Both the position numbers and the translations under genes were made by a program. The notes beneath the pieces were generated by a model. It saw only the letters and a program-made list of their open reading frames with translations. It did no database searches and was not told the origin of the DNA. A DNA stretch of 64,000 bases. Origin: Eledone cirrhosa (taxonomy: Eukaryota). Every line of letters begins with the position of its first letter. The first letter of the stretch is position 1. Shown piece after piece: positions 13,771 through 25,272 of the stretch. The stretch lies in NCBI GenBank assembly GCA_964016885.1, contig OZ024745.1, positions 31,186,001 to 31,250,000 on the forward strand, in the 5' to 3' direction.

Positions 13771-14854
13771 CTTTAGCACCAGACCACCATATAGGGTGGA
13801 CTTTAGCACCAGACCACCATATAGGGTAGACTTTAGCACCAGACCACCATATAGGGTAGACTTTAGCACCAGACCACCATATAGGGTAGACTTTAGCACC
13901 AGACCACCATATAGGGTAGACTTTAGCACCAGACCACCATATAGGGTAGACTTTAGCACCAGACCACCATATAGGGTAGACTTTAGCACCAGACCACCAT
14001 ATAGGGTAGACTTTAGCACCAGACCACCATATAGGGTAGACTTTAGCACCAGACCACCATATAGGGTAGACTTTAGCACCAGACCACCATATAGGGTAGA
14101 CTTTAGCACCAGACCACCATATAGGGTAGACTTTAGCACCAGACCACCATATAGGGTAGACTTTAGCACCAGACCACCATATAGGGTAGACTTTAGCACC
14201 AGACCACCATATAGGGTAGACTTTAGCACCAGACCACCATATAGGGTGGACTTTAGCACCAGACCACCATATAGGGTAGACTTTAGCACCAGACCACCAT
14301 ATAGGGTAGACTTTAGCACCAGACCACCATATAGGGTAGACTTTAGCACCAGACCACCATATAGGGTAGACTTTAGCACCAGACCACCATATAGGGTGGA
14401 CTTTAGCACTAGACCACCATATAGGGTAGACTTTAGCACCAGACCACCATATAGGGTAGACTTTAGCACCAGACCACCATATAGGGTGGACTTTAGCACC
14501 AGACCACCATATAGGGTGGACTTTAGCACCAGACCACCATATAGGGTAGACTTTAGCACCAGACCACCATATAGGGTAGACTTTAGCACCAGACCACCAT
14601 ATAGGGTAGACTTTAGCACCAGACCACCATATAGGGTGGACTTTAGCACCAGACCACCATATAGGGTAGACTTTAGCACCAGACCACCATATAGGGTGGA
14701 CTTTAGCACCAGACCACCATATAGGGTAGACTTTAGCACCAGACCACCATATAGGGTGGACTTTAGCACCAGACCACCATATAGGGTAGACTTTAGCACC
14801 AGACCACCATATAGGGTGGACTTTAGCACCAGACCACCATATAGGGTGGACTTT
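13771..14854. repeat. 30-bp minisatellite, 36 copies
   Basis: Unit ctttagcaccagaccaccatatagggt(a/g)ga, nearly homogeneous. Confidence 0.98.
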
Positions 14855-15028
14855 GTGGGTTTTTCGCATTGTTTGGCAAGAGAGGTGTATGAGGTATGAC
14901 ATGTGTAGGTTATTTCTTAGTTCACATGGGTGATGTGTGTGGGTTAATAAGCTGGTGAGAGGGGGTAGGTATAAATATTGGGGAATGGTAAAGCGCAGGA
15001 GATTGGTGCAATTTAGTGTCTTCTAATT

Positions 15029-15030
<2 letters not shown>
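14844..15030 (+). repeat. Unclassified dispersed repeat, also at 63448-63655
   Basis: Colinear similarity from gggtggactttgtggg through ggcaagagaggtgtat and atattgggga to tagtgtcttcta. Confidence 0.7.
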
Positions 15031-15059
<29 letters not shown>

Positions 15060-15546
15060 CGAGAGCGAGAGAGAGAGAGAGAGAGAGAGAGATTATATGT
15101 TTGACATTTCAACACAAGAAGTTTTCCCCTGCTTGGAAAGAAGTTTAACAAAATCTTATTAGTTAATGTAATAAAACCAATCTATTAATCAATCAACCGG
15201 TCAATTAAATCAGTACCTTAGGTATTTCACAGTCTTTTGCCATTATTGGAAATCAATATTTATTTCATGTGAATGTTACGAATACAGTGTCTTTAAAGCC
15301 ACTTAAAATGTTTTTGTTGTTTTCATTTAATAATGGCAATTAGACATCATCTATTATAAATGCAGAATCATGGTTGTGTGGGTAATTTGTAAAAACATGG
15401 TTACAAGTAGTTGGTCCTGCTGTGATGCAGCTTGGGCAACTGTCTTCTACTATGACCTCAAGTTGACCTATACTTTGTGAGTGAAATTTGTTAGACAGAA
15501 ACTTGGCACAAGCTCATCTTAGCCTGTCACTGTAAGTTTATATATA

Positions 15547-16122
15547 TCTATATATATAAAGTTGTAGTTCCTGTCTGTTTGTTTGTTCACAAACTCCTCC
15601 TATGGTTTTGGAGATAGACCCCCATAACCATATATATTCTGAAACTACATTGCCCAGGGTACTTGGATTGGATAAGTATATTTCATTTTAATCAAAGGGT
15701 TCCCCGGGCGCACAAACCCCTGCTGAAATTTTTTCCCTTCGATTTATATGAAATTTAAACCATAGCTAAAGGACAAGATATGATGCCTATTCACAAAATT
15801 TCAGCAAATTTCAATAATATTAAGACACCCTAACTTGAGTATTCGAACCTCTATTATCACGGGGTTTTACTATTAATTAAACGTAAATCAACAAAAAAAA
15901 AAGCACCTCTCTTTTATAGCAAAATTTGGCTAATTTTGACATTTCATCTATGGCAAAACATCACTAGAATTATGACAACAAAAATTATTAGTTAATGCCT
16001 CTACTTTTTTAACATTTTCCCTTTATTTTTTTCTCCATAAATTATATCACTGATTAAAATCAATCATCATTTTCTTACAAAAAAATGTGTGAAATGCAGC
16101 AAGGCACGGGTAATTCTGCTAG
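15547..16122 (+). mobile_element. Non-autonomous Helitron
   Basis: 5' TCTATATATATAAA and 3' ...gcacgggtaattctgCTAG|T, sitting in a (TA)n tract. Confidence 0.7.
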
Positions 16123-16189
16123 TATATATATATATATATATATAGAGAGAATTCACAAGAATCAAAGCTATGTTCAAAGCATTTATTAA

Positions 16190-16232
16190 CTTACAATTGT
16201 TTCATCCAAACCTAGGCTTGGAGTCTTCGGAG
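16190..16232 (-). ncRNA. Minimal type I hammerhead ribozyme motif (core variant CCGAAGA)
   Basis: ct-CCGAAGA-c-tccaagc(ctag)gtttgga-t-GAAA-caattg-TA-ag. 7-bp stem II and palindromic stem III. The U4C change probably inactivates it. Confidence 0.55.
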
Positions 16233-16432
16233 CATTTTTCAATGTTTGTACACATGATTGACCTCTTTTCCAACGCAAGAGACATACAGATACATATGTA
16301 TATATACATAACCATAAATAGTATCCTTAATATTATATATATATATATATATAGTTTAAAATCAACGAACAAAACACAGGAGGCACTTGTACACAGTTAT
16401 ATTAGGTTCACACTTTGTGGAAGTGGAGGAGG

Positions 16433-16468
16433 TTTCAACGTTTCACACATAAGTCCTTCGTCAGGAAA
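16433..16468 (-). ncRNA. Minimal hammerhead ribozyme motif (Penelope-like element remnant)
   Basis: tttc-CTGACGA-aggacttatgtgt-GAAA-cg-TT-gaaa. Stem I tttc/gaaa, AACGTT palindrome in place of stem III, degenerate stem II. Confidence 0.55.
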
Positions 16469-16874
16469 GTTCAGATAGGGGGAGAACAGGAACTCCGAGG
16501 AGAATGGAAGGTTTTAAGGAGGGAAGTTACAAAGTAAAAAATAATAAAAAAAATAATAAAAATAACAATAAAAGGGGTAGGGGTTTAGGTCCAGGGTGGA
16601 GGATGGCATGGGTGTGGTAGTGTGAGGAGAAGGGGGGAGGGTATAGGGAGGCTCCAAAAATACTCAGAGTCTAAGAAGAGATGGTGGAGGGTAAAGTGTG
16701 TGTGTATGTGTAGATGTGAGGAGTGTGTGTGTGTGTGGATATAAGTATGTGTGCCTGAAAAGAAATGAGTGTGTGTGAACGTATGTTAAATAATAAGTAC
16801 AGACATGTGAGTTATATATATATGGGTGTTGTGGGTTAGTGTATTGGTGTGTGTCATTACATGTGTGTGGGAAT

Positions 16875-16875
<1 letters not shown>

Positions 16876-16964
<89 letters not shown>
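16876..16964. repeat. (GT)n microsatellite
   Basis: Directly visible. Confidence 0.98.
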
Positions 16965-16966
<2 letters not shown>

Positions 16967-17031
16967 CCTGTATGGGTATTGTTAGGGTCCGGATGCCGAT
17001 GGACATACATACATACACACACATACATTAA

Positions 17032-17215
17032 CCCTTTAGCCTTTAAACTGGCCATATCCGGCCAGAATTCTCACCTCTTTTTGTTCAAACCAGCTGTAAC
17101 CAGCCAATCATACTGATGTTAAGGTATTGTTGTCAAAATAGATAATATCAATATCTCATAGATTCGATATCGAGTGAGATAATTATGTGAGGTAAAGCCT
17201 TTACCACAAAAATTT
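17032..17215. mobile_element. piggyBac-like MITE, right end missing
   Basis: TTAA-CCCTTTAGC left end and internal homology to the 10616 copy. Confidence 0.75.
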
Positions 17216-17325
17216 ATATATTATAAACAGTTGGGACCCAACTCTTTATAATATAACCATACTCTACTACCCCAAGTATCGAGTACTCTGGTGAGAAATG
17301 GTCTAACCAGTCTCAAACTGAATCC

Positions 17326-17357
<32 letters not shown>

Positions 17358-17544
17358 AGGTTAAAAGCTAGTACAATGTAGTAGAAAAATACAAAGAGCA
17401 AATGATGACAAATAAAACAAAACAAAAGAAAGTAATGTTTTACTCAGTGTATTTTATCATGATATTTCAGGGTAATTGCCACCACTACAGGGGAGATGAT
17501 GATACATATTAGTTTAATGCTTGATATAGAAGAGAGAGAGAGTT

Positions 17545-17577
17545 TTAACATTTCAGACATTTGTCCTTCATCAGAAT
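17545..17577 (-). ncRNA. Degenerate hammerhead motif
   Basis: CTGATGA-a-ggaca(aa)tgtct-GAAA-tg-TT. The CG of stem III has decayed to TG and stem I is weak. Confidence 0.4.
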
Positions 17578-18420
17578 ATAGAATGAGAGAAAGAATAAAT
17601 AGAAAAAAATTAAGAAAAAGAAATGGAAACTAATTTTTTTTTCTTAGGAGAATAAGTGCAGGTTATTAAAGAGAAATATATGATATATATATCAGATATA
17701 AAAAGAGAGATAATCATCTATAGTTCCAGTTATCATGTGTGTGTGTATGTGTGTGTGTGTGTACACAAAACAGTGAGAGTATGAAGTGTGTGATGTGCAT
17801 TAGACCATGCTGTGCTTGAATGGCTGCTGACTGCTAGAAATTGTGACCTATTTTCCCTCAAATCTCATCCTGCTATTTTAATAGAGCAAAGATGGAATTG
17901 TTAATGGAGTTTTTACTATACAACATCTGAATAAAAGACAAACTGGGCATAACTGGTGCACCTTTCACCACATGTCTGTCCAATGTATGTATGAGTTCAC
18001 TTGTAAGCTTGTATAAGGCAAAGTGATATAGTTGAGAAAAAAAAAGCCAGTATCAACTTCCACCATCACAACCTCTTTAGATACTCATGGAAAAATGTAT
18101 AGCTGTCGGGATAGTATTTACCAACAAGACCATAAGTGTTATTTCCACTACTGCTGAAAAAAAAATGCTGATCAGTTCATAGAGGTCCCTGATATAGCAT
18201 TTTAGAATTGTAGAAATGCTTAACAAGCCTTTTGATATTTCAAGATATTCAAGAACATCTGCTCATTGTTATCAACCCAAGAAGCTTCACTCTTTCATTA
18301 AGTTTTCCCCTCCTCCATTACACACACAAACAACTCAACAAAGGAAATCTATTTATATATGAACACATGTTTTGTATGAGCAATTTCTGTATCTAGCCGT
18401 GTGTGTGTGTGTGTGTATAT

Positions 18421-18746
18421 ATGGCTTAGTGGTTAGAGTATTGGGCTTGCAATCGAAAGGTTGTGAATTCAATTCTCAGACCGGGTGATGTGTTGTTTCC
18501 TTGAGCAAGACACTTTATTTCACATTGCTTCAGTTTACTCAGCTGTAGAATGAGATGATAGGACTGGAGTCCCTATCATTCCACTGTAAAGTGGACATGT
18601 AGGCGCCACGGCAAAAAAGCACCCAGCACTCACTGTAAATGAGGTTGGTGTTAGGAAGGGCATCCAGCTGTAGAAATCAAGCCAGATTCAGTTCCCGTCC
18701 CACCCTTGCAAGCAGGGAAAAAGTGGACGTAAAATGATGATGATGA
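18421..18746 (+). mobile_element. tRNA-derived SINE family 2 with RTE-shared 3' tail
   Basis: A-box TGGCTTAGTGG, B-box GAATTCAATTC, central ccttgagcaagacact. The 3' part matches the RTE 3' UTR (cf. 8030-8110, 57415-57458) and ends in (GAT)n. Confidence 0.8.
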
Positions 18747-18844
18747 TATATATTCCTAGTTGTGATTTCCTAGATTTTTTTTTTTTAAACAAATTACAGA
18801 AAATTTTATTTCAAAATGCTCAAATATATTCCTAGGATAAAATT

Positions 18845-19005
18845 TCATTAAAATAATAAATTTAATATTTGGTCAAACATACAGAAAAAGAAAGCAGTAT
18901 TGGAAAGGACTATAAATGCTGTAAATGAGAGAAAAAGGAGGGAAAGAGCAAGGACAATTAGGTCACGGAAGAAAGAAAAGGGGAAGGGGAGAGCGTGACA
19001 GACTC
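18845..19005 (+). repeat. Unclassified dispersed repeat, second copy at about 28010-28158
   Basis: Shared tttaat.tt..gtcaaacata...gactataa...gtgacagactc. Confidence 0.6.
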
Positions 19006-20037
19006 AAGACAAAAAGCAACCAGCCCATCCTGTAAGGTGGTCAAAAAGTACACATGATTGACATTAGGAATGACAACCAGTGGTAGAAAACCAAGCCAGA
19101 AATGAATTGTATAAGACAACTCATCTAACCCATGCAAGCATGGAAAATAGACATTAAAAAGGGATGATAATGATGATGATGCTGCTATTATGTGTATGTT
19201 TGTAAATATAACTGTATAAAAAAAAAAAAATACAAATACTAAATACCTCTTAATTCTTAATTATTTTCAAAATTAATTGAAACTGTTATTTTATTTTAAA
19301 ATATGTTTACAGTAAGGTTAAACTAATCAAGAAATATCTTTGAGTCAAAGTAAAGCTACTTAGCACTATAATTTGCTCTCAAGTTATAAGTAACTTCTAA
19401 CAATATTATTAACTGTAAATCATAAATTTACATAAACAGGATTATCACCTGTGTTGCTATTCTAAGTAAGCATTCCAACATACATCATATAGAATTGCAG
19501 ATCATTCCTGAAATAGGGAGCCATAAACCATTATGGATGCTTCCTTTACACTCAAAATATCTCTTGAGACTACAAACAAAACAATATGTTAAAAAGAATA
19601 ATCATTTTCTACAGATAAGCAGAAAAGAAAAGAAAGAAAAAAGAAAAAAAGACACCTGGTAGCCACCTCAAGTTACTTCCAGCCAAACAGAAATCAAAAT
19701 ATAAACCAGAAACATTCTGGTATATTTAAAATTTATTACATTCTAAATGTGTACATATACAATTTAGCTAGTCTATGAAAACATTCCCACTGACAACATA
19801 GATTTCTATATGTGCATGTGTGGTAAATATTACTACCTAACCCATTCCAAACTATAAAGTAACTCATATCAACATTAAACATATCCAGAAGCCAGTATTT
19901 CAATATCTTATCACTTTAGCTTTTAGCATTAAGCAATGTAACCTTTATGTGTTGATGGGGGTTTCTAGAAATAATAGCCAAAACCCCTTCCCATCACACC
20001 ATACCATCTTAAAAAAATAGGTTAATATGTGAGAAAA

Positions 20038-20270
20038 TCATCATCATCATCATTTTACATCTGCTTTCTATACTTGCATGGGTTGCACGGGTCCTTTTCA
20101 GCACATAACGTGAAAAAAACAATAACTTTTATTTTAAATTGTTAAGTGTCCATCTCTGAAAGGATCTTGTGATCTTTGGTCATCTCTACTGTGAGCTTCA
20201 GTGATTGGAGATCAGCTCTCACGACTTCTACCCAGGTCTTCCTTCGTCTTCCTTTACCGTGGCTTTGATG
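20038..20270 (-). mobile_element. RTE LINE 3' fragment
   Basis: Minus strand encodes SHGKGRRRKTWVEVVRADLQSLKLTVEMTKD (cf. WAEVVRADLRSLKLTEEMT at about 57320), followed by the (GAT)n tail. Confidence 0.8.
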
Positions 20271-20295
20271 AATTACTTTTTCCTATCTGTTCTTG

Positions 20296-23058
20296 AGTTG
20301 CTAGCTTTAGTAAGGACACTGCCCAGGTATGTGAAAGTTGCTAGCTTTAGTAAGGACACTGCGCAGGTATGTGAAAGTTGCTAGCTTTAGTAAGGACACT
20401 GCCCAGGTATGTGAAAGTTGCTAGCTTTAGTAAGGACACTGCCCAGGTATGTGAAAGTTGCTAGCTTTAGTAAAGACACTGCCCAGGTATGTGAAAGTTG
20501 CTAGCTTTAGTAAGGACACTGCGCAGGTATGTGAAAGTTGCTAGCTTTAGTAAGGCCACTGCCCAGGTATGTGAAAGTTGCTAGCTTTAGTAAGGCCACT
20601 GCCCAGGTATGTGAAAGTTGCTAGCTTTAGTAAGGACACTGCCCAGGTATGTGAAAGTTGCTAGCTTTAGTAAGGACACTGCCCAGGTATGTGAAAGTTG
20701 CTAGCTTTAGTAAGGCCACTGCCCAGGTATGTGAAAGTTGCTAGCTTTAGTAAGGACACTGCCTAGGTATGTGAAAGTTGCTAGCTTTAGTAAGGACACT
20801 GCCCAGGTATGTGAAAGTTGCTAGCTTTAGTAAGGACACTCCGCAGGTATGTGAAAGTTTCTAGCTTTAGTAAAGACACTGCCCAGGTATGTGAAAGTTG
20901 CTAGCTTTAGTAAGGACACTGCCCAGGTATGTGAAAGTTGCTAGCTTTAGTAAGGACACTCCGCAGGTATGTGAAAGTTTCTAGCTTTAGTAAAGACACT
21001 GCCCAGGTATGTGAAAGTTTCTAGCTTTAGTAAAGACACTGCCCAGGTATGTGAAAGTTGCTAGCTTTAGTAAGGACACTGCGCAGGTATGTGAAAGTTG
21101 CTAGCTTTAGTAAGGACACTGCCCAGGTATGTGAAAGTTGCTAGCTTTAGTAAGGACACTGCCCAGGTATGTGAAAGTTGCTAGCTTTAGTAAAGACACT
21201 GCCCAGGTATGTGAAAGTTGCTAGCTTTAGTAAGGACACTGCGCAGGTATGTGAAAGTTGCTAGCTTTAGTAAGGACACTGCCCAGGTATGTGAAAGTTG
21301 CTAGCTTTAGTAAGGACACTGCCCAGGTATGTGAAAGTTTCTAGCTTTAGTAAAGACACTGCCCAGGTATGTGAAAGTTGCTAGCTTTAGTAAGGGCACT
21401 GCCCAGGTATGTGAAAGTTTCTAGCTTTAGTAAAGACACTGCCCAGGTATGTGAAAGTTGCTAGCTTTAGTAAGGACACTGCGCAGGTATGTGAAAGTTG
21501 CTAGCTTTAGTAAGGACACTGCCCAGGTATGTGAAAGTTGCTAGCTTTAGTAAGGACACTGCCCAGGTATGTGAAAGTTTCTAGCTTTAGTAAAGACACT
21601 GCCCAGGTATGTGAAAGTTGCTAGCTTTAGTAAGGGCACTGCCCAGGTATGTGAAAGTTTCTAGCTTTAGTAAAGACACTGCCCAGGTATGTGAAAGTTG
21701 CTAGCTTTAGTAAGGGCACTGCCCAGGTATGTGAAAGTTTCTAGCTTTAGTAAAGACACTGCCCAGGTATGTGAAAGTTGCTAGCTTTAGTAAGGGCACT
21801 GCCCAGGTATGTGAAAGTTGCTAGCTTTAGTAAGGACACTGCGCAGGTATGTGAAAGTTGCTAGCTTTAGTAAGGACACTGCCCAGGTATGTGAAAGTTG
21901 CTAGCTTTAGTAAGGGCACTGCCCAGGTATGTGAAAGTTGCTAGCTTTAGTAAGGGCACTGCCCAGGTATGTCAAAGTTGCTAGCTTTAGTAAGGACACT
22001 CCGCAGGTATGTGAAAGTTTCTAGCTTTAGTAAAGACACTGCCCAGGTATGTGAAAGTTGCTAGCTTTAGTAAGGACACTGCGCAGGTATGTGAAAGATG
22101 CTAGCTTTAGTAAGGACACTGCCCAGGTATGTGAAAGTTGCTAGCTTTAGTAAGGACACTGCGCAGGTATGTGAAAGTTGCTAGCTTTAGTAAGGACACT
22201 CCGCAGGTATGTGAAAGTTTCTAGCTTTAGTAAAGACACTGCCCAGGTATGTGAAAGTTGCTAGCTTTAGTAAGGACACTGCGCAGGTATGTGAAAGTTG
22301 CTAGCTTTAGTAAGGACACTCCGCAGGTATGTGAAAGTTTCTAGCTTTAGTAAAGACACTGCCCAGGTATGTGAAAGTTGCTAGCTTTAGTAAGGACACT
22401 GCGCAGGTATGTGAAAGTTGCTAGCTTTAGTAAGGACACTCCGCAGGTATGTGAAAGTTGCTAGCTTTAGTAAGGACACTGCCCAGGTATGTGAAAGTTT
22501 CTAGCTTTAGTAAAGACACTGCCCAGGTATGTGAAAGTTGCTAGCTTTAGTAAGGGCACTGCCCAGGTATGTGAAAGTTTCTAGCTTTAGTAAAGACACT
22601 GCCCAGGTATGTGAAAGTTGCTAGCTTTAGTAAGGGCACTGCCCAGGTATGTGAAAGTTGCTAGCTTTAGTAAGGACACTGCGCAGGTATGTGAAAGTTG
22701 CTAGCTTTAGTAAGGACACTGCCCAGGTATGTGAAAGTTGCTAGCTTTAGTAAGGGCACTGCCCAGGTATGTGAAAGTTGCTAGCTTTAGTAAGGGCACT
22801 GCCCAGGTATGTCAAAGTTGCTAGCTTTAGTAAGGACACTCCGCAGGTATGTGAAAGTTTCTAGCTTTAGTAAAGACACTGCCCAGGTATGTGAAAGTTG
22901 CTAGCTTTAGTAAGGACACTGCGCAGGTATGTGAAAGATGCTAGCTTTAGTAAGGACACTGCCCAGGTATGTGAAAGTTGCTAGCTTTAGTAAGGGCACT
23001 GCCCAGGTATGTGAAAGTTGCTAGCTTTAGTAAGGGCACTGCCCAGGTATGTGAAAGT
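20296..23058. repeat. 40-bp minisatellite, 69 copies, LINE-RT derived
   Basis: Unit agttgctagctttagtaaggacactgcccaggtatgtgaa. The minus strand reads FTYLGSVLTKASN. Confidence 0.97.
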
Positions 23059-23065
23059 GTCAACT

Positions 23066-23240
23066 TAATCTTGCAATTGGAAGGTTGTGAGTTTGATTCT
23101 TGGACTAAGTGATGTGTTGTGTCTTTGAGCACTTTATTTCACGTTGCTCCAGTTTACTCAGCTGTAGAAATGAGTTGCGATGTCATTTGTGCCAAGCTGT
23201 ATTGGCCATTGCCTGTCTCTTGGACAATATCAGTGGCATG
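23066..23240 (+). mobile_element. SINE family 2, 5'-truncated
   Basis: cttgcaattggaaggttgtgagtttgattc...ttgctccagtttactcagctgtagaaatgag matches the 18421 copy. Confidence 0.7.
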
Positions 23241-23822
23241 GATGTTTATGCAGATGTGGCAAGCCATATAAATTCTAGCCATTAGAAAAAGCAAAATGAA
23301 TGCTTCACCTTCGAAAGAGAGATGACTCAAGAAGAGAAGATGAAATTTACTTTTGTCTTTCTACATTTTAATTTCAAATCCTGTTGGGGTTGACTTTACA
23401 TGTCCCAGATGTTGGTAAAAAAGGTACTGATTATGTACTGGAGTTCAGTTAACTATTATGTGTCCTTATACCAAAGGTTTCGATGTGTGTACAGTATTTT
23501 AATATACCATTGCAAATACATCAATATTATACATACTGGAATCAATCCAGTCAACAGGACCTCTTTCCTTCATGTTTTCATCCTTGTGCCAACGTGAGGA
23601 ATCATTATACCAGTTGTTCACATGACCTTACATATGATTATATAATGGGATATACAAAATTAGCTTTCAATACAGATAACAGGACTACCACTACAGTTAG
23701 TGCCAACAACAAAATGAACAGTTAACAACTAAAGAACTAAAAAAAAAAAAAATTACAAGAGAGATGCTGGTGATAATAATGGCGCCTATTTCCCTGATTC
23801 CAACCACCAACTGGTTGGTGCA

Positions 23823-24100
23823 AGAAGAAAAGGAAGAAAAAGAAGAAGAAAAAGAAAAATAAAAAGAGAAAGAAAAAAAATAAAAATAAAAATAAAAATA
23901 AAAATAAAAAGAAAAAGAAAAAGATGATGATGGCAATGACGGTGGTGATGGCAATGATGATGATCATGATGATGATGATGGTGAAGATGATGATGGTGAA
24001 GATGATGATGATGATGATGATGGCGACAATGATGGTGGTGATGATGACGACCATGAGAATGATGATGGTGCTGGTGGTGATGATAATGGCGATGATGATA
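23823..24100. repeat. A-rich low-complexity tract and (GAT)n/(GGT)n trinucleotide repeat
   Basis: Directly visible. Confidence 0.9.
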
Positions 24101-24281
24101 TTGATCTATAGGAAGTAAGGCTTATAAAATGTAAAGGTTTTATGCAGACTTTTGGAAGATAGCAACTGGATAAAAATGACAAAAATAATAATAGTGTGAA
24201 CTAATTAAATACTGAGCTATCCACTTGACAGTTAAACTGGAACTAGAACCTCATTAAGCATGACTATAATAACTATTCCTG

Positions 24282-24324
<43 letters not shown>

Positions 24325-24385
24325 GTAGAACACTGGAAGGTAATATCCGTAGTGGTAGAGCACTTAGTCCATGGGACGAGTTAGG

Positions 24386-24529
24386 TAGAAGTGGTTACAC
24401 AACAGTTAGTTGACCATACCGAGAACAATTGTTTCACCTTAGCGGATCCTCAGCTTACGAGCTGAGGATCCGCTAAGGTGAAACAATTGTTCTCGGTATG
24501 GTGAACTAACTGTTGTGTAACCACTTCTA
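24386..24529. repeat. 70-bp-arm palindrome (4-nt loop) containing a hammerhead motif
   Basis: Arms 24386-24455 and 24460-24529 with one mismatch. Plus strand 24458-24494 reads cgag-CTGAGGA-tccgctaaggt-GAAA-caattg-TT-ctcg. Confidence 0.85.
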
Positions 24530-24542
24530 TATATATATATAT

Positions 24543-25196
24543 ATACATTATGAAGAGAGAAGAAACATTTAGATATAATTAGTAATAAAATGTATCATAC
24601 CTAAACTGCTCCTAGATTCCTCGACTACGTAGTTTCGTGGCATAAACAAAAACAATACATCATAAAGATATAGAGTCCTTGCGAGGTCTGCCGACTTATC
24701 AAGAGGATACCTCATTTTACTAGTCTCAAGAACGCGTTTACACGACGTGAGAAAGAATCCCAAAAGGCGGAGGGGGAGATAGTCACGCGATATAACGGTC
24801 GAGAAACAGAGCTAAGCCTCTTATAACCCCGAAGAAAATACCACGGAGGCGGAGGGGGTATTCATATCGAAGCCGTAGAAGAGGTGGTGAAGGAGGCGAG
24901 AAGTATGAGTAATGGAAGCTTTCCAGCAGTCCCCACACTTCAAAGATTGCTCGACCAGAGGGAGTTATTAACAATATATTTAGAAACACACAGATACATG
25001 CGGACACACACATATACATGAATGCATCCGCACCCAACCGTGAGTTAAGGGTGCCAACTTCACCGATGTTGCTCAATGAATGACTGGGACAGACCAATCC
25101 GGTTGAACCAGACTGAACCAGTATCAGAGTTAAAAATACATTATGAAGAGAGAAGAAACATTTAGATATAATTAGTAATAAAATGTATCATACCTA
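24543..25196 (-). mobile_element. 593-nt unit with 61-bp direct terminal repeat and a hammerhead ribozyme (retrozyme-like or Penelope pLTR-derived)
   Basis: Identical 61-mers at 24543-24603 and 25136-25196, CpG-rich interior, hammerhead at 24618-24707. Confidence 0.6.
24618..24707 (-). ncRNA. Type I hammerhead ribozyme, U3-A8 core variant
   Basis: tcctc-TTGATAA-gt(c)ggca...tgccac-GAAA-ctacgtag-TC-gagga. 5-bp stem I, 6-bp bulged stem II with a long loop, palindromic stem III, GUC cleavage triplet. Confidence 0.65.
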
Positions 25197-25272
25197 TGCA
25201 TTCATGTATATGTGTTTACATGGATTTTATGGCTACTTGTCTCTTCCTTATACACACACACACATATATATA

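Noticed and set aside
13673-14902. 350-410 aa repeat ORFs on both strands
   Set aside because: A 30-bp unit open in several frames. There are no splice signals or domain context, so this is a minisatellite artefact.
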